The translations under genes and the position numbers were made by a program. Shown here one piece after another: positions 8,801-19,052 of a stretch of 46,115 nucleotides of DNA. The stretch's first letter is position 1. Every line of letters begins with the position of its first letter. Source of the DNA: Bacteroidales bacterium (GTDB lineage Bacteria > Bacteroidota > Bacteroidia > Bacteroidales > M50B96); assembly GCA_041584015.1 (NCBI GenBank), contig JBFHES010000003.1, forward strand, positions 1 to 46,115, written 5' to 3'. The notes beneath the pieces are model-generated. The model had not been told where the DNA came from. It did not search any database and saw nothing but the letters and a program-made list of their open reading frames with translations.

Positions 8801-10987
8801 TTACTTTCTTCTTTTGGAGCGTTTCTTCTTTTTCTTTTCTGGTCCTTTTAAATAGTCATCAAAGTATATGCTCACCTTATCCATTAAATGAATACGATCG
8901 TAACCGCGTACATTGTGCTCGTGGTTTGGGTAGACGAAGTAATCAACTTGCTTGTTTTGCTTTATACATTCGTTTAAGAACGCCTGACTATGCTGCCATA
9001 CAACCACTGGATCCTGAGCTCCATGTATAATTAATAATTTACCGTTCAGGTTTTTAGCATTCGGAATAAGCGAGCTATTCGCGTATCCTTCTTCATTTTC
9101 TTCAGGTGTATCCATGTATCTTTCTCCATACATTACCTCATAATAGCTCCAATCGATTACCGGACCACCAGCAGCTCCTACCTTAAAAACATCAGGATAA
9201 GTTGTCATCAGGTTGGTTGTCATAAAACCACCATAACTCCAGCCATGAACGCCAATTCGATCCATATCTACAAAACCTAAACTCTCCAAATATTCTACTC
9301 CTTTCATTTGGTCGGCCATTTCGTTCACTCCAACATTACCATGAATTACACTTTCAAAATCAAATCCACGGTGTGCTGAACCACGATTATCAACGGTAAG
9401 CATTACATAACCTTTTTGTGCCATATAATACATCCACATGCGCGCTCCACCCAACCATGTATTGGTTACCATTTGTGCGTGTGGTCCACCATATACATAA
9501 ATGATGGCAGGATATTTCTTCTTCGGATTGTAATCGAAGGGTTTGATCAAATTACAATACAAATCGGTTGTTCCATCGGCGGCTTTTATTGTGAATATTT
9601 CATGATCACCAATTTGATAATCCACCAATGGATTTGCTGAAGTCTTGAAATTTCGTATGAATTTTCCATCACCTGAAATCACATCATAATTATGCGGAAT
9701 AGTTTGTGAATTATAATCATCGAGAATGTATTTATAGTTGCCGCTTAATTTACAATTATGCGTTGCCGACTCGATTGTTAGTTTTGTTAATTCCTGCGAA
9801 GACAGATGTAATTTATAAAGATGATTCTCGATCGGACTATCTTTAGTTGTTTCGATATACAAGTTACCAGCCTCTTTATCAAAAGCTTTTATATTAGAAA
9901 CTTCCCAATCGCCCTTGGTTAGTTGCTCAATTAGTTTGCCGTTAGTTCTGTACAAGTATAAATGATTAAAACCGTCTCTTTCTGATTGCCAAATGAATTG
10001 ATCATCGCGTCCATCAAGAAAATATAAGGCATGTTCAGGTTCAACATACTTTTCGTTTTTCTCTTCGAAAAGGGTCTGCACAAAATCGCCGGTTTTAGCA
10101 TTGTACTTATTTAATTTGAGATGATTTTGTCCTCGGTTTAATAAGCCAATAAACACAAATTGCTCATCTGGGCTCCAGGTAATACATGTAAGGTATTGCT
10201 CAACAGGTTCACCAGTTTTCATGTAAATTGTAGTGTTGTTCTTTTTATCAAATACACCCAAAGTAACATGATGACTAGCCATACCAGCCATTGGATATTT
10301 AATATGCTTTACTTCAGCAATGCGCTTTGTAACATCAACCAATGGATAATCTGTCACCATGGTTTCATCCATTCTATAAAAAGCTAAGTAGTTAGCCTTA
10401 GGCGACCAAAACATACCACCTGAAATACCAAATTCGTTTCGGTGCACCGATTCTCCATAAACAATTCCTTCCTTACCGTCTGAGGTAACTTGAACCGTAT
10501 CTCCTGTATTTTTAATCATGTACAGATTATGCTCCTTTGTAAATGCAAAGTCATTTTCAGAAGATTTCGATAGATTGGCTCCCTTAGGACTCAAAATCCC
10601 TTTTTCAAAGGCCTTTTTATTGATATCATAAAAAAGCTCCTGCCCTTTAATGGAAATGCGAATTCTTGTATCATCTTTCCAGCTATGAGCCGGAATATAT
10701 TTTAGAGAATCCAAGTCCATTGCCGTAATCGCTCCGTTCAGGTCATCTAATGTAACCAGCTCAACCACCTTATCAACAGCGGCATTTTCCTGTACAATTG
10801 TCTTTCCCTTAACATAAGTGAAATTATCAGTATCGCCTTGCCAGGTAAGATTTCGCAAATACGAAGGATATAGGTGTCGGTACTGACCAACTATGGCATC
10901 CGTAATGGTAAGTTCCTTTTTCTGAGCTATAATCGACGGCAAGCTTAGCGCGATAACCAGAATTAATAATATTGTTCGTTTCATCAT
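8801..10987 (-). CDS. S9B family peptidase (prolyl tripeptidyl / dipeptidyl peptidase IV type), secreted
   Basis: Signal peptide ending in A-Q, DPP-IV beta-propeller, GVHGWSYGGF nucleophile, Asp (QDPVV) and His (HEHNV). The catalytic region resembles PtpA. TAGCTTTG promoter at 11098-11091. Confidence 0.92.
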   Translation of the reverse strand: MMKRTILLILVIALSLPSIIAQKKELTITDAIVGQYRHLYPSYLRNLTWQGDTDNFTYVKGKTIVQENAAVDKVVELVTLDDLNGAITAMDLDSLKYIPAHSWKDDTRIRISIKGQELFYDINKKAFEKGILSPKGANLSKSSENDFAFTKEHNLYMIKNTGDTVQVTSDGKEGIVYGESVHRNEFGISGGMFWSPKANYLAFYRMDETMVTDYPLVDVTKRIAEVKHIKYPMAGMASHHVTLGVFDKKNNTTIYMKTGEPVEQYLTCITWSPDEQFVFIGLLNRGQNHLKLNKYNAKTGDFVQTLFEEKNEKYVEPEHALYFLDGRDDQFIWQSERDGFNHLYLYRTNGKLIEQLTKGDWEVSNIKAFDKEAGNLYIETTKDSPIENHLYKLHLSSQELTKLTIESATHNCKLSGNYKYILDDYNSQTIPHNYDVISGDGKFIRNFKTSANPLVDYQIGDHEIFTIKAADGTTDLYCNLIKPFDYNPKKKYPAIIYVYGGPHAQMVTNTWLGGARMWMYYMAQKGYVMLTVDNRGSAHRGFDFESVIHGNVGVNEMADQMKGVEYLESLGFVDMDRIGVHGWSYGGFMTTNLMTTYPDVFKVGAAGGPVIDWSYYEVMYGERYMDTPEENEEGYANSSLIPNAKNLNGKLLIIHGAQDPVVVWQHSQAFLNECIKQNKQVDYFVYPNHEHNVRGYDRIHLMDKVSIYFDDYLKGPEKKKKKRSKRRK

Positions 10988-11154
10988 TGATTGTTTAATA
11001 TTGTTAAGGTATTAGAGATTCCAACTTGAAATCATTCTTGCTTTTTAGATTACAATTAATTGAATTAATCGGTTAAAAATTATTCACCTACAAAGCTAAT
11101 GATCCTTTATTTTTGCGGTTATTTATTGGTATGTTATTAATCATTTTATCAATA

Positions 11155-12390
11155 TTAACCAGCTACCGGCTTGTTTGTTTCGTTATCAATCAACAGGTAA
11201 TTAAAACAAAGTAAGGAATTAAAGAAAGCATAAAACATAACGCCTTTTTGAGTTTGGAACATCGACTCTGTTACAAAACCAAGTCCTACGAAAACAATAA
11301 AATAAGCAGCCAGGTACTTTTTCTTGCGTATTGCAATAAGAAAAACGATCGTAAGGTTAGCCAGGAGAATCAGAATTCCGGGAATGCCAAGCTGTAAGAT
11401 CGTTTCAAGGTATTGATTATGAAAATTATGATTTAGGTTGTATACCGTGTACAGACCATTTTCAAGGTATTTTCTAGCACGTTCGGCATCCACATCACCA
11501 AGCCCAAATCCAAAGGGCATTGCTTCAGGAATAAGCTCCACAGCCGCCATCCACATTTCTTGCCTGGAGGTTTCCTTGTAATTACTTAATCGATCAACAG
11601 AAGAATTATCGCTAACTTGTACAAACCCTGCCCCAATTATCGCAACAAAAAGAATCGCTGTTAGAGCTGACTTTCGTCTAATAACTCTTGACAAAGAAAT
11701 AAATGTCATGAACACAATAATCACAACCATTGAAAGCAGTGGCATACGTGAGGCCAGTAATACAAGTGAAACCAAAAAGAAAAGAATTAATGATCCAATC
11801 ATAAACCTTTGCCGAATAGTTGCAATCACTTTCTCGCGTATGAACCACATTAAAATGGTTGCGCTAAATGCTATTGACAAACCAAAGAAAGTACGATGAA
11901 CACCAAGAATTGAGTGAAATCGATCAACAGAAAGCGGATCCGGTATATGCAACCAGAAATGGCTGTATACTGCATATGCGTAACATAAAACGAGTGCTGC
12001 AAATATTGAGCTTACGAACAGCATTAATAAAAGATGAAACTGTTCTTTCTTTAATGGACGTGTGGTTCCTAACACAAGCGGTAGGACCAGCAGGCCAAGT
12101 TTCCTTTCCAGGTGTAGAAATCCGCCTGTCAGATTAGATGAATAAAATATGCCTATAACATGAACAAGGTATAACGACAAGAATAACCAAAGCATACGTT
12201 GCTGCTTAATCACATTCAACTTAGCCTTGAATCCTCCTTCGCTAATCCAGTTAAGAAACAGAATGAGAACAGCGTATATGTTAACGTGCATCAAGAATAT
12301 ATAGGAAACAGCAAACAACCCCAGACCAAACAAGAATATAGCCCGGTGGATGCGCTGACGCTTAGTACCTGATGTTATTGAACTTTCCAC
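11155..12390 (-). CDS. O-antigen ligase family (WaaL/Wzy_C) membrane protein
   Basis: About 12 hydrophobic segments, LLASRM motif, R..MW...PFGFGLGD loop and HNFHNQYLE signature. Confidence 0.85.
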   Translation of the reverse strand: MESSITSGTKRQRIHRAIFLFGLGLFAVSYIFLMHVNIYAVLILFLNWISEGGFKAKLNVIKQQRMLWLFLSLYLVHVIGIFYSSNLTGGFLHLERKLGLLVLPLVLGTTRPLKKEQFHLLLMLFVSSIFAALVLCYAYAVYSHFWLHIPDPLSVDRFHSILGVHRTFFGLSIAFSATILMWFIREKVIATIRQRFMIGSLILFFLVSLVLLASRMPLLSMVVIIVFMTFISLSRVIRRKSALTAILFVAIIGAGFVQVSDNSSVDRLSNYKETSRQEMWMAAVELIPEAMPFGFGLGDVDAERARKYLENGLYTVYNLNHNFHNQYLETILQLGIPGILILLANLTIVFLIAIRKKKYLAAYFIVFVGLGFVTESMFQTQKGVMFYAFFNSLLCFNYLLIDNETNKPVAG

Positions 12391-12393
12391 TAA

Positions 12394-13527
12394 TTAATCC
12401 TTATGTGTTACTTTTTTGATTGCCACAGCAATTCGTTCTTTATCCTCACTGGTGAGCGAAGTACCTGACGGTAAACATAAACCCATGTCAAATAAAGCAT
12501 CGCACACACCATTGCTAAAGGAAATGTATTTCGCAAAAACTGGTTGCTGATGCATTGGTTTCCACAAAGGTCGACTCTCTATATTGTCTGCATCGAGTGC
12601 ATGCATTAATTCCTTAGCTGAAAAACCGGCTTCCTTCTTATTTATGATAATGGTTGTTAACCAATAGTTTGAAAAATGACCTTCGGGTTCATCTAAAAAT
12701 GATACACCTGAAACGCTCATAAATAACTCTCGATAAAATTGATTCATCTCGCGACACTCCGCAACACGTTTATCAATCACCTCCATCTGCCCTCGCCCAA
12801 TTCCAGCAATAATGTTGCTCATTCGGTAATTGTAGCCAATTTCCTTGTGCAAATAATGAATTTCATTCTCACGCGATTGCATGGATAAAAAGCGTGCTTT
12901 CTCTACATACGCTTTATTATTCGACAATAAGGCGCCTCCACTGGATGTTGTGATGATCTTGTTTCCGTTGAAAGACAGAATGGACATGACCCCGAAACCG
13001 CCTACATGTGCGTCATGATATGTTGAACCTAGCGCTTCTGCAGCATCTTCAATTACTGGAATAGTATACTTATCGGCGACTTCCATTATCTCCCTGATCT
13101 TGGCTGGCATTCCGTACAGGTGAACGAGAATAATAGCTTTGGGCGTTTTGCCTGCAGCTATCCGGTTTTGTATTGCCTCTTCCAAAAGAACGGGATCCAT
13201 ATTCCAGGTGTCGCGCTCAGAGTCGATAAACACTGGAGATGCTCCAACATAGGCTATTGGATTAACTGATCCTGAAAATGTAAAGCTTGAAACCAGTACT
13301 TCATCACCGGCTTGCACACCAAGCATTAATAAAGCCAGATGAATTGCTGCCGTTCCCGTACTTAGAGCAGCAGCATAATGAACATTCGTATAGTTTTGCA
13401 AACTTTCCTCAAATCCATCAACATTGGGTCCAAGTGGGGCGATCCAGTTTGTATCAAACGCCTCCTGAACATATTTAAGCTCTGAACCACCCATGTGCGG
13501 TGGTGAGAGATATATTCTCTTCTTCAT
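12394..13527 (-). CDS. DegT/DnrJ/EryC1/StrS sugar aminotransferase (PglE/EpsN-like)
   Basis: Motifs IYLSPPHM, NWIAPLGP, IEDAAEALG, SFNGNKIITT (PLP Lys) and GYNYRMSN. Confidence 0.93.
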   Translation of the reverse strand: MKKRIYLSPPHMGGSELKYVQEAFDTNWIAPLGPNVDGFEESLQNYTNVHYAAALSTGTAAIHLALLMLGVQAGDEVLVSSFTFSGSVNPIAYVGASPVFIDSERDTWNMDPVLLEEAIQNRIAAGKTPKAIILVHLYGMPAKIREIMEVADKYTIPVIEDAAEALGSTYHDAHVGGFGVMSILSFNGNKIITTSSGGALLSNNKAYVEKARFLSMQSRENEIHYLHKEIGYNYRMSNIIAGIGRGQMEVIDKRVAECREMNQFYRELFMSVSGVSFLDEPEGHFSNYWLTTIIINKKEAGFSAKELMHALDADNIESRPLWKPMHQQPVFAKYISFSNGVCDALFDMGLCLPSGTSLTSEDKERIAVAIKKVTHKD

Positions 13528-13632
13528 CTAATTTTATTTGTTTTGGCTTAATATGATGCAAACGACTGTTTCTGTAGCTAGATGCGTTTTTATGAATCGT
13601 GCTGCAACAAAAATTGCCACCTCTATTTGTAT

Positions 13633-14241
13633 TTACTTATTATTTCCGGTAAACCGTTCCATTGTAAGATGCTCCGAAGCATTTACATTACTGGACGAAA
13701 TGAGTTTACCAATAGTCAAAAATAGTATTTTAATATCAAGCAGGAAAGAACAGTTATCAACGTACCAGACATCCAGCTCAAACTTCTTTTCCCAGCTTAT
13801 AGCGTTTCTTCCATTTACCTGAGCCCATCCCGTAATACCCGGTTTCATCATATGTCTTCTGTTTTGCTCTTTGCTATAAAGCGGTAAATATTCCATTAAA
13901 AGCGGTCGAGGACCAATCAGGCTTAGTTCCCCTATTAAAACATTAAACAGCTGTGGCAATTCGTCAAGGGAGCTCTTACGCATAAAATTACCGAATGCAG
14001 TAATCCGCATATAATCTGGTAAAAGCTCGCCATTAGTATCGCGCTTGTCGTTCATTGTTTTAAACTTAAAGGTATTAAAGGGCTTGCCATGCTTACCAGG
14101 TCGTTGTTGTATAAACAGTACTTTGCCCTTATTCAGAATCGCTAATACCAACCAGATAATAATTAATACCGGAGAACAAAGGAGAATTCCAATGAAAGCA
14201 GCAAGAAAGTCGAATAGTGGCTTAATAATCTTAGCGTACAT
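13633..14241 (-). CDS. Undecaprenyl-phosphate sugar-1-phosphate transferase (PglC/EpsL-like)
   Basis: Motifs KFKTM, SLDELPQLFNVLIGELSLIGPRP, KPGITGWAQVNGRN and LDVWY; single N-terminal TM segment. Confidence 0.93.
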   Translation of the reverse strand: MYAKIIKPLFDFLAAFIGILLCSPVLIIIWLVLAILNKGKVLFIQQRPGKHGKPFNTFKFKTMNDKRDTNGELLPDYMRITAFGNFMRKSSLDELPQLFNVLIGELSLIGPRPLLMEYLPLYSKEQNRRHMMKPGITGWAQVNGRNAISWEKKFELDVWYVDNCSFLLDIKILFLTIGKLISSSNVNASEHLTMERFTGNNK

Positions 14242-15382
14242 AGTTTCTAAGTTGAAGTTCGTACTCTTCCTTTATGAGCTGCCAAACCACCTGCTGATCA
14301 TACTTTTGCTCAATATTTTTCCGTGCCAGTTCACCCATTTGTCGGGCAAGCACTCTATCATTTAAAAGCCTTCTCATGCTTATTTCCAAAGCAACAGCAT
14401 CCTTTTTCTCAATGATTAATCCATTTACTCCATCGCTAATAATTTCATTGGAGCCATTAATGTTTGTTACAATACAAGGTAAATTAAAACATCCGGCCTG
14501 TAGCACTACATTGGGAAACCCTTCGCGATAGCTAGGAAAAACAAACACATCTGCCAGCTCTAAATATGGACGCACATCGTATTGAAAACCAACACTAATA
14601 ATGGCTGAGTTTGAACGAATCTCATGCATAAGGTTTTTGGGTAAAACTTCTTCGTGGTCGCCTACCAATAATAAACGGGCATTTCTATTTTGATCAGATA
14701 TACTATTGAAGGAAGTAATTAACTCTTGTATTCCTTTATCAATAACCACACGGCCAATAAAACAATAGACAAAATGTGCAGGATTAAATTGATACTGTTC
14801 TTGCAGCTCGCGAGCTTTTTCTTTAATTGATTCAGAAGATTTAAACCGATTCAGATTAATCCCATTCGAACTACCCGCGCCGATGACTTTCAGCTTTTCC
14901 GTTCTTGCCAAGCCTTCTTGTTCAATGTATTTCTTTAGTTCCAATGAGTTTGGATAGATTCGAGTGGCAAACTGATAAACGATTTTTTCAACCATCCGTA
15001 AGACCCAAAGTTTCGTACCGCTTGCTTCCATTAATGGTAAACCTGCCACCGTATGCATACGTATCTTAACTCCCGCAAAATAGGCCGCTACCATCCCAAC
15101 CAATCCGGCTTTGGGTGTATGGCTATGAATAATTTCAGGTTTTTCTCTCCGCAAGAATCTGTATAGCGCAATGATCGCCAACAGATCTTTGAAGGGGGTT
15201 ATCTCCCTGGTCAGATTGATTCGATGTACCTTAACTCCTTCCTCTTTTTCTATAGCTTCTATCTCAGCTCCATCAGAAGATACGGCACGCATCTCATAAA
15301 ACTGAGACATGAAATTCAACTGCCCTTCCAAAAGCTTCTGCATGGATACAGGTACTGTGGTTATGCGAACGATCTTTGCCAT
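14231..15382 (-). CDS. Glycosyltransferase family 4 (PglA/CapM-like)
   Basis: Motifs HSHTPKAG, GSSNGI, GRVVIDKG and FPSYREGFPNVVLQA. Confidence 0.92.
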   Translation of the reverse strand: MAKIVRITTVPVSMQKLLEGQLNFMSQFYEMRAVSSDGAEIEAIEKEEGVKVHRINLTREITPFKDLLAIIALYRFLRREKPEIIHSHTPKAGLVGMVAAYFAGVKIRMHTVAGLPLMEASGTKLWVLRMVEKIVYQFATRIYPNSLELKKYIEQEGLARTEKLKVIGAGSSNGINLNRFKSSESIKEKARELQEQYQFNPAHFVYCFIGRVVIDKGIQELITSFNSISDQNRNARLLLVGDHEEVLPKNLMHEIRSNSAIISVGFQYDVRPYLELADVFVFPSYREGFPNVVLQAGCFNLPCIVTNINGSNEIISDGVNGLIIEKKDAVALEISMRRLLNDRVLARQMGELARKNIEQKYDQQVVWQLIKEEYELQLRNYVR

Positions 15383-16689
15383 TAGCTCTTCCTATTCTTA
15401 GGGACTGGTTCATTCATCGAATTTTGAACTCCTTTAGTTCTTGCTTGTAGAAGCAAAATTACAATCAAATAAAGGAACGAACCAACAATTGTTGTATAGG
15501 CTGCAGCAATAATCCCATATTTTGGAATAAAAACAATATTACCAATTACATTGGCCGCAAGCGCAATGATAACAGCCCACATCATCAGCATTGTTTTTTT
15601 TCTCAACTCTAAAGGTTTTTGAATAAGTAAACTTATGGTCCATAAAAAAGCGCCTATAAAAATTGGAATTACCAGAGATTGCAAGTATGGATTTTCCAAC
15701 TCAAGAAAATCGCTGATAATGAATTCCTTTAGCTGAAAAACAACAATTAACGCAACAAAAAATGCTGTTAATTCAAGTAATACAATCTGTTTAATCAATT
15801 TGTATGACTTACTTTCGGCTCCTTCGTTAAACAACTTTATTACTCTGGGTTGCAGCGCTAAAAGAATTGGGCCAAACGTGAAGGTCATTAATTTTGAAAA
15901 GGTATCGTAAACAGCTGAATATTCTCCAACCGCCTGAAAATCTATATAGTGCTTAATGATGTATCTATCGGACAAATTCAGCAAATTGGCTGCAACCATC
16001 CAAAAGGCAATTGGAGCACCATATTGCACTACTTCCTTTAACTCCACTTTGCTTAGTTTGGATTTAAACAGACGAATAAGTTCTGACAAACGTATAATGT
16101 TCCCTTTAAGGAAAATCGAACCTAACATGTAACCGCATACACCAGATATAAGGAGACTAATTATGGCGAAGTTCATGCTTCGATTAATAAAAACATAAAG
16201 CAGTAGAATACAAGCAATGAAAGTACCTACACGTATGGTATCAGCAATTACTGTTCTTACCACCTTAAATTTAGTTTGACTAACTGTACTGCTAAATGAA
16301 AACAGAGATAAACTAATTAAGAAGATATCGAAGAGCAAAATACGACTCCAGCTGTATTCTAAAATAATCAATACAACATCTCCAACAAGCAAAATAATGA
16401 AATTGCATACAAGCAAAAGTCGTAACATGGACTGCTGAAAATAAACCGGATCTTTCTTGGCTGTTGAAAACCGCATAAAAGACTGATTAATCCAACCGGT
16501 TAATAGCGTATTTAGCATTAACAGTGCGGTGACTATTAAAGAGTATTCACCATATACTTCCTCTCCATACAACCTAATAATTAATGGGATTGAGAAGAAT
16601 AATAGCAAACCCGGAACAACTTTCCCAACAAAGTAAATCCCTGACTCTTTTATTAGTGTCTTATTATTCTTGATTATTTTATTCATCAA
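15382..16689 (-). CDS. Wzx-type oligosaccharide flippase
   Basis: Multi-TM MOP fold with YGEYSL, SDRYII, VGEYSAVY and PKYGIIAAAYTT motifs. Confidence 0.85.
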   Translation of the reverse strand: MMNKIIKNNKTLIKESGIYFVGKVVPGLLLFFSIPLIIRLYGEEVYGEYSLIVTALLMLNTLLTGWINQSFMRFSTAKKDPVYFQQSMLRLLLVCNFIILLVGDVVLIILEYSWSRILLFDIFLISLSLFSFSSTVSQTKFKVVRTVIADTIRVGTFIACILLLYVFINRSMNFAIISLLISGVCGYMLGSIFLKGNIIRLSELIRLFKSKLSKVELKEVVQYGAPIAFWMVAANLLNLSDRYIIKHYIDFQAVGEYSAVYDTFSKLMTFTFGPILLALQPRVIKLFNEGAESKSYKLIKQIVLLELTAFFVALIVVFQLKEFIISDFLELENPYLQSLVIPIFIGAFLWTISLLIQKPLELRKKTMLMMWAVIIALAANVIGNIVFIPKYGIIAAAYTTIVGSFLYLIVILLLQARTKGVQNSMNEPVPKNRKS

Positions 16690-18050
16690 GAAATAGCATT
16701 TAGTATTTGTGAATAGTAATTCTTAAATGGCTCCCACTCCGGAACGTTAAAACTGCTATTGTGCCAAAGTAATTCAAAAACGCCATCGTGTTTTTTCACA
16801 ATGGCTGCAATATCATTTACAGTAGTTAAGAATTGTTCTGGTTCAGGATTTGTTTTCACCAAAGCCGCTTCCATTAAAGTAATTGGCCGTTCAACAATAG
16901 GTAATAAACAACGCTCAATTACATCGAATAGAGGATACTCGTAACAGACGCCACACCTAAAGCCCCAATCTTTAGAAAACCCCATTGAAGAATCGTTGCT
17001 TAAGCCTAAGCTATTATGGATTCGCCAGGTGGTTGGAAGTTTAAGACGTAAATAATGCTGCCTAACGTGAGTTATCGGTCCAATAATAGCTGTTAATCGT
17101 GATAACTCAAGTTGGTACTGCTCTATATCCTGATAGCTCTGAAAAGCACCATGCACGCCTATCTGATGACCACGAGATAAAATCCGTTCCATACGGTTTA
17201 TCACCTCGCTATCATTAATATTATAGGCGACATCTTCCTCTCCAATTAAACCAGGTATAAAGTAAAAAGTCGATTTCAAACCAAACTTCTCAGATTCATC
17301 CATGAGATAGCTAAACGTATCGAACGGATCAGTTTCTTTACCTTTAATAGTTGAAACTGAATGATTAAAATTCTTTTTAAACAGCGAGAAACTTCTGCGC
17401 TTTAGAACATCAGCAGCTAACACCTTAGTTGTTTTACCCAGCGTGCCGAAACGCGCAAACTCGTCAACATCATGACTAATACTTGCCTTGTATTCTTTTA
17501 GAGGTAACTTAACGCCACCCATTTGCTCAAAAACTTGACGCAATAAATTCAGATAGTCATTAACAATGGGAATCTTAGAGAAACCCAGCTTCTCAGCAAT
17601 CAATTGAGCTTCATCAAATCGGTCGTATTGATCGGTTCGCTGCTCTCTTAGTATTTCTTCCCATCTGGAAAGCATAAAAAAACTAGCGGCAAAAATGTCA
17701 TTGCCAAAGCGTATAAGCTTTGACGAGCCATTACTGCTTTGTTTATACTTATCATCTCCATAGAGGATGCAAAAGGAGCCATCAATGAAGCCTTCATATT
17801 TGACGAATGCCGCTTTCGACGGAATATTTTCAAGATGAATGTAACCAGACTCTTCGTTATGCTTGCAAAAAAAATGGTCATCGAATTCAACAACGCTGCC
17901 GTTGGCGAATTCTAACAACCATGAATTTCTTGTGTCACTTGCTTCTACAACTGTATATTCGATTCCTAAAAAGTGTCGAAAGATAACATCAATAATATAC
18001 TGTCTCTCCGGAAGAAAGTTCTGCTTATAAGCTATTTTGACGTTTATCAA
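16686..18050 (-). CDS. Polysaccharide deacetylase-like protein (WbmS-like catalytic domain with N-terminal domain)
   Basis: Motifs DIFAASFFMLSRWEE, ISHDVD, STFYF, IGVHG, RQHYLR, DSSMGF...GFRCG and LLWHN. Confidence 0.8.
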   Translation of the reverse strand: MINVKIAYKQNFLPERQYIIDVIFRHFLGIEYTVVEASDTRNSWLLEFANGSVVEFDDHFFCKHNEESGYIHLENIPSKAAFVKYEGFIDGSFCILYGDDKYKQSSNGSSKLIRFGNDIFAASFFMLSRWEEILREQRTDQYDRFDEAQLIAEKLGFSKIPIVNDYLNLLRQVFEQMGGVKLPLKEYKASISHDVDEFARFGTLGKTTKVLAADVLKRRSFSLFKKNFNHSVSTIKGKETDPFDTFSYLMDESEKFGLKSTFYFIPGLIGEEDVAYNINDSEVINRMERILSRGHQIGVHGAFQSYQDIEQYQLELSRLTAIIGPITHVRQHYLRLKLPTTWRIHNSLGLSNDSSMGFSKDWGFRCGVCYEYPLFDVIERCLLPIVERPITLMEAALVKTNPEPEQFLTTVNDIAAIVKKHDGVFELLWHNSSFNVPEWEPFKNYYSQILNAIS

Positions 18051-18063
18051 TTGTATCTGGAAT

Positions 18064-19050
18064 TTATTGTAAATTCTCCCAATACCATTTTACCGCTTTT
18101 TCCAAACCTTGACGGATACTGTATTGCGGATCATATCCTAATAATTCTTTTGCCTTATCAATGGATGCTAATGAATGTTTGATGTCGCCAGCCCTCTCAG
18201 GTCCATGAATAACATCAAGCGATAAAAGCTCCTTGTTAAACTTCCCCAATTGCTCTCTCAGAATTTCATACAATTCATTGAGATTTGTATTCTCTCCAAA
18301 TGCCACATTATATACGGTGTTGGTAGCTTTGGGATTTTCAGTTGTTGCGGCCAACTGGTTTATCTGAACAACATTTTGCACATAAGTAAAGTCCCGAGAA
18401 TGTGTTCCATCTCCATTAATGGTAGGTGGGTTTTTACTAATTATTGCTTTTACAAATACGGGAATAACTGCAGCATAAGCCCCAAATGGATCTTGCTTTT
18501 CACCAAAAACATTAAAGTATCTTAAGCCAATGGTTTCAATGCCATATAAATCGGCAAATACATTAGCGTATAACTCATTCACGTATTTAGTAACTGCGTA
18601 TGGAGATAATGGCAATCCAATTTTATCTTCAAATTTTGGTAATCCAGGATGATCTCCATACGTTGAAGAACTGGCTGCATATACAAAACGTTTGATACCT
18701 TCATCACGTGCTGCAATAAGCATGTTTAAAAATCCGGATATATTTACGGCATTGGTTGTAGCAGGATCGTTGATTGACCGAGGCACTGAACCAAGAGCAG
18801 CTTGATGAAGAATGTATTTTGCTCCCTTAACCGCCTTTTTACAATCCTCAGGATTGCGAATATCGCCCTCTACTAATTCAAAAGCTGGATTCGCCATAAA
18901 CGGAGCAATATTCTCCTTTTTTCCAGTAGAAAAATTATCTAAACAGACGACCTGATTATTCTGACTTAGCAAAGCTTCAATAAGGTTAGAGCCGATAAAA
19001 CCGGCTCCACCTGTAACTAATACTTTGCTATTTTCAATAATGCGTTGCAT
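18064..19050 (-). CDS. UDP-GlcNAc(A) 4-epimerase, WbpP/TviC-type extended SDR
   Basis: Motifs GGAGFIGS, HQAALGSVPRSI, YAASSSTYGD, SPYAVTK and LRYFNVFG...YAAVIP. Confidence 0.93.
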   Translation of the reverse strand: MQRIIENSKVLVTGGAGFIGSNLIEALLSQNNQVVCLDNFSTGKKENIAPFMANPAFELVEGDIRNPEDCKKAVKGAKYILHQAALGSVPRSINDPATTNAVNISGFLNMLIAARDEGIKRFVYAASSSTYGDHPGLPKFEDKIGLPLSPYAVTKYVNELYANVFADLYGIETIGLRYFNVFGEKQDPFGAYAAVIPVFVKAIISKNPPTINGDGTHSRDFTYVQNVVQINQLAATTENPKATNTVYNVAFGENTNLNELYEILREQLGKFNKELLSLDVIHGPERAGDIKHSLASIDKAKELLGYDPQYSIRQGLEKAVKWYWENLQ

Positions 19051-19052
19051 GA

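Noticed and set aside
13528-13632. Possible pglD remnant between the pglC- and pglE-like genes
   Set aside because: No hexapeptide-repeat or acetyltransferase-like residues were recognised in the gap.
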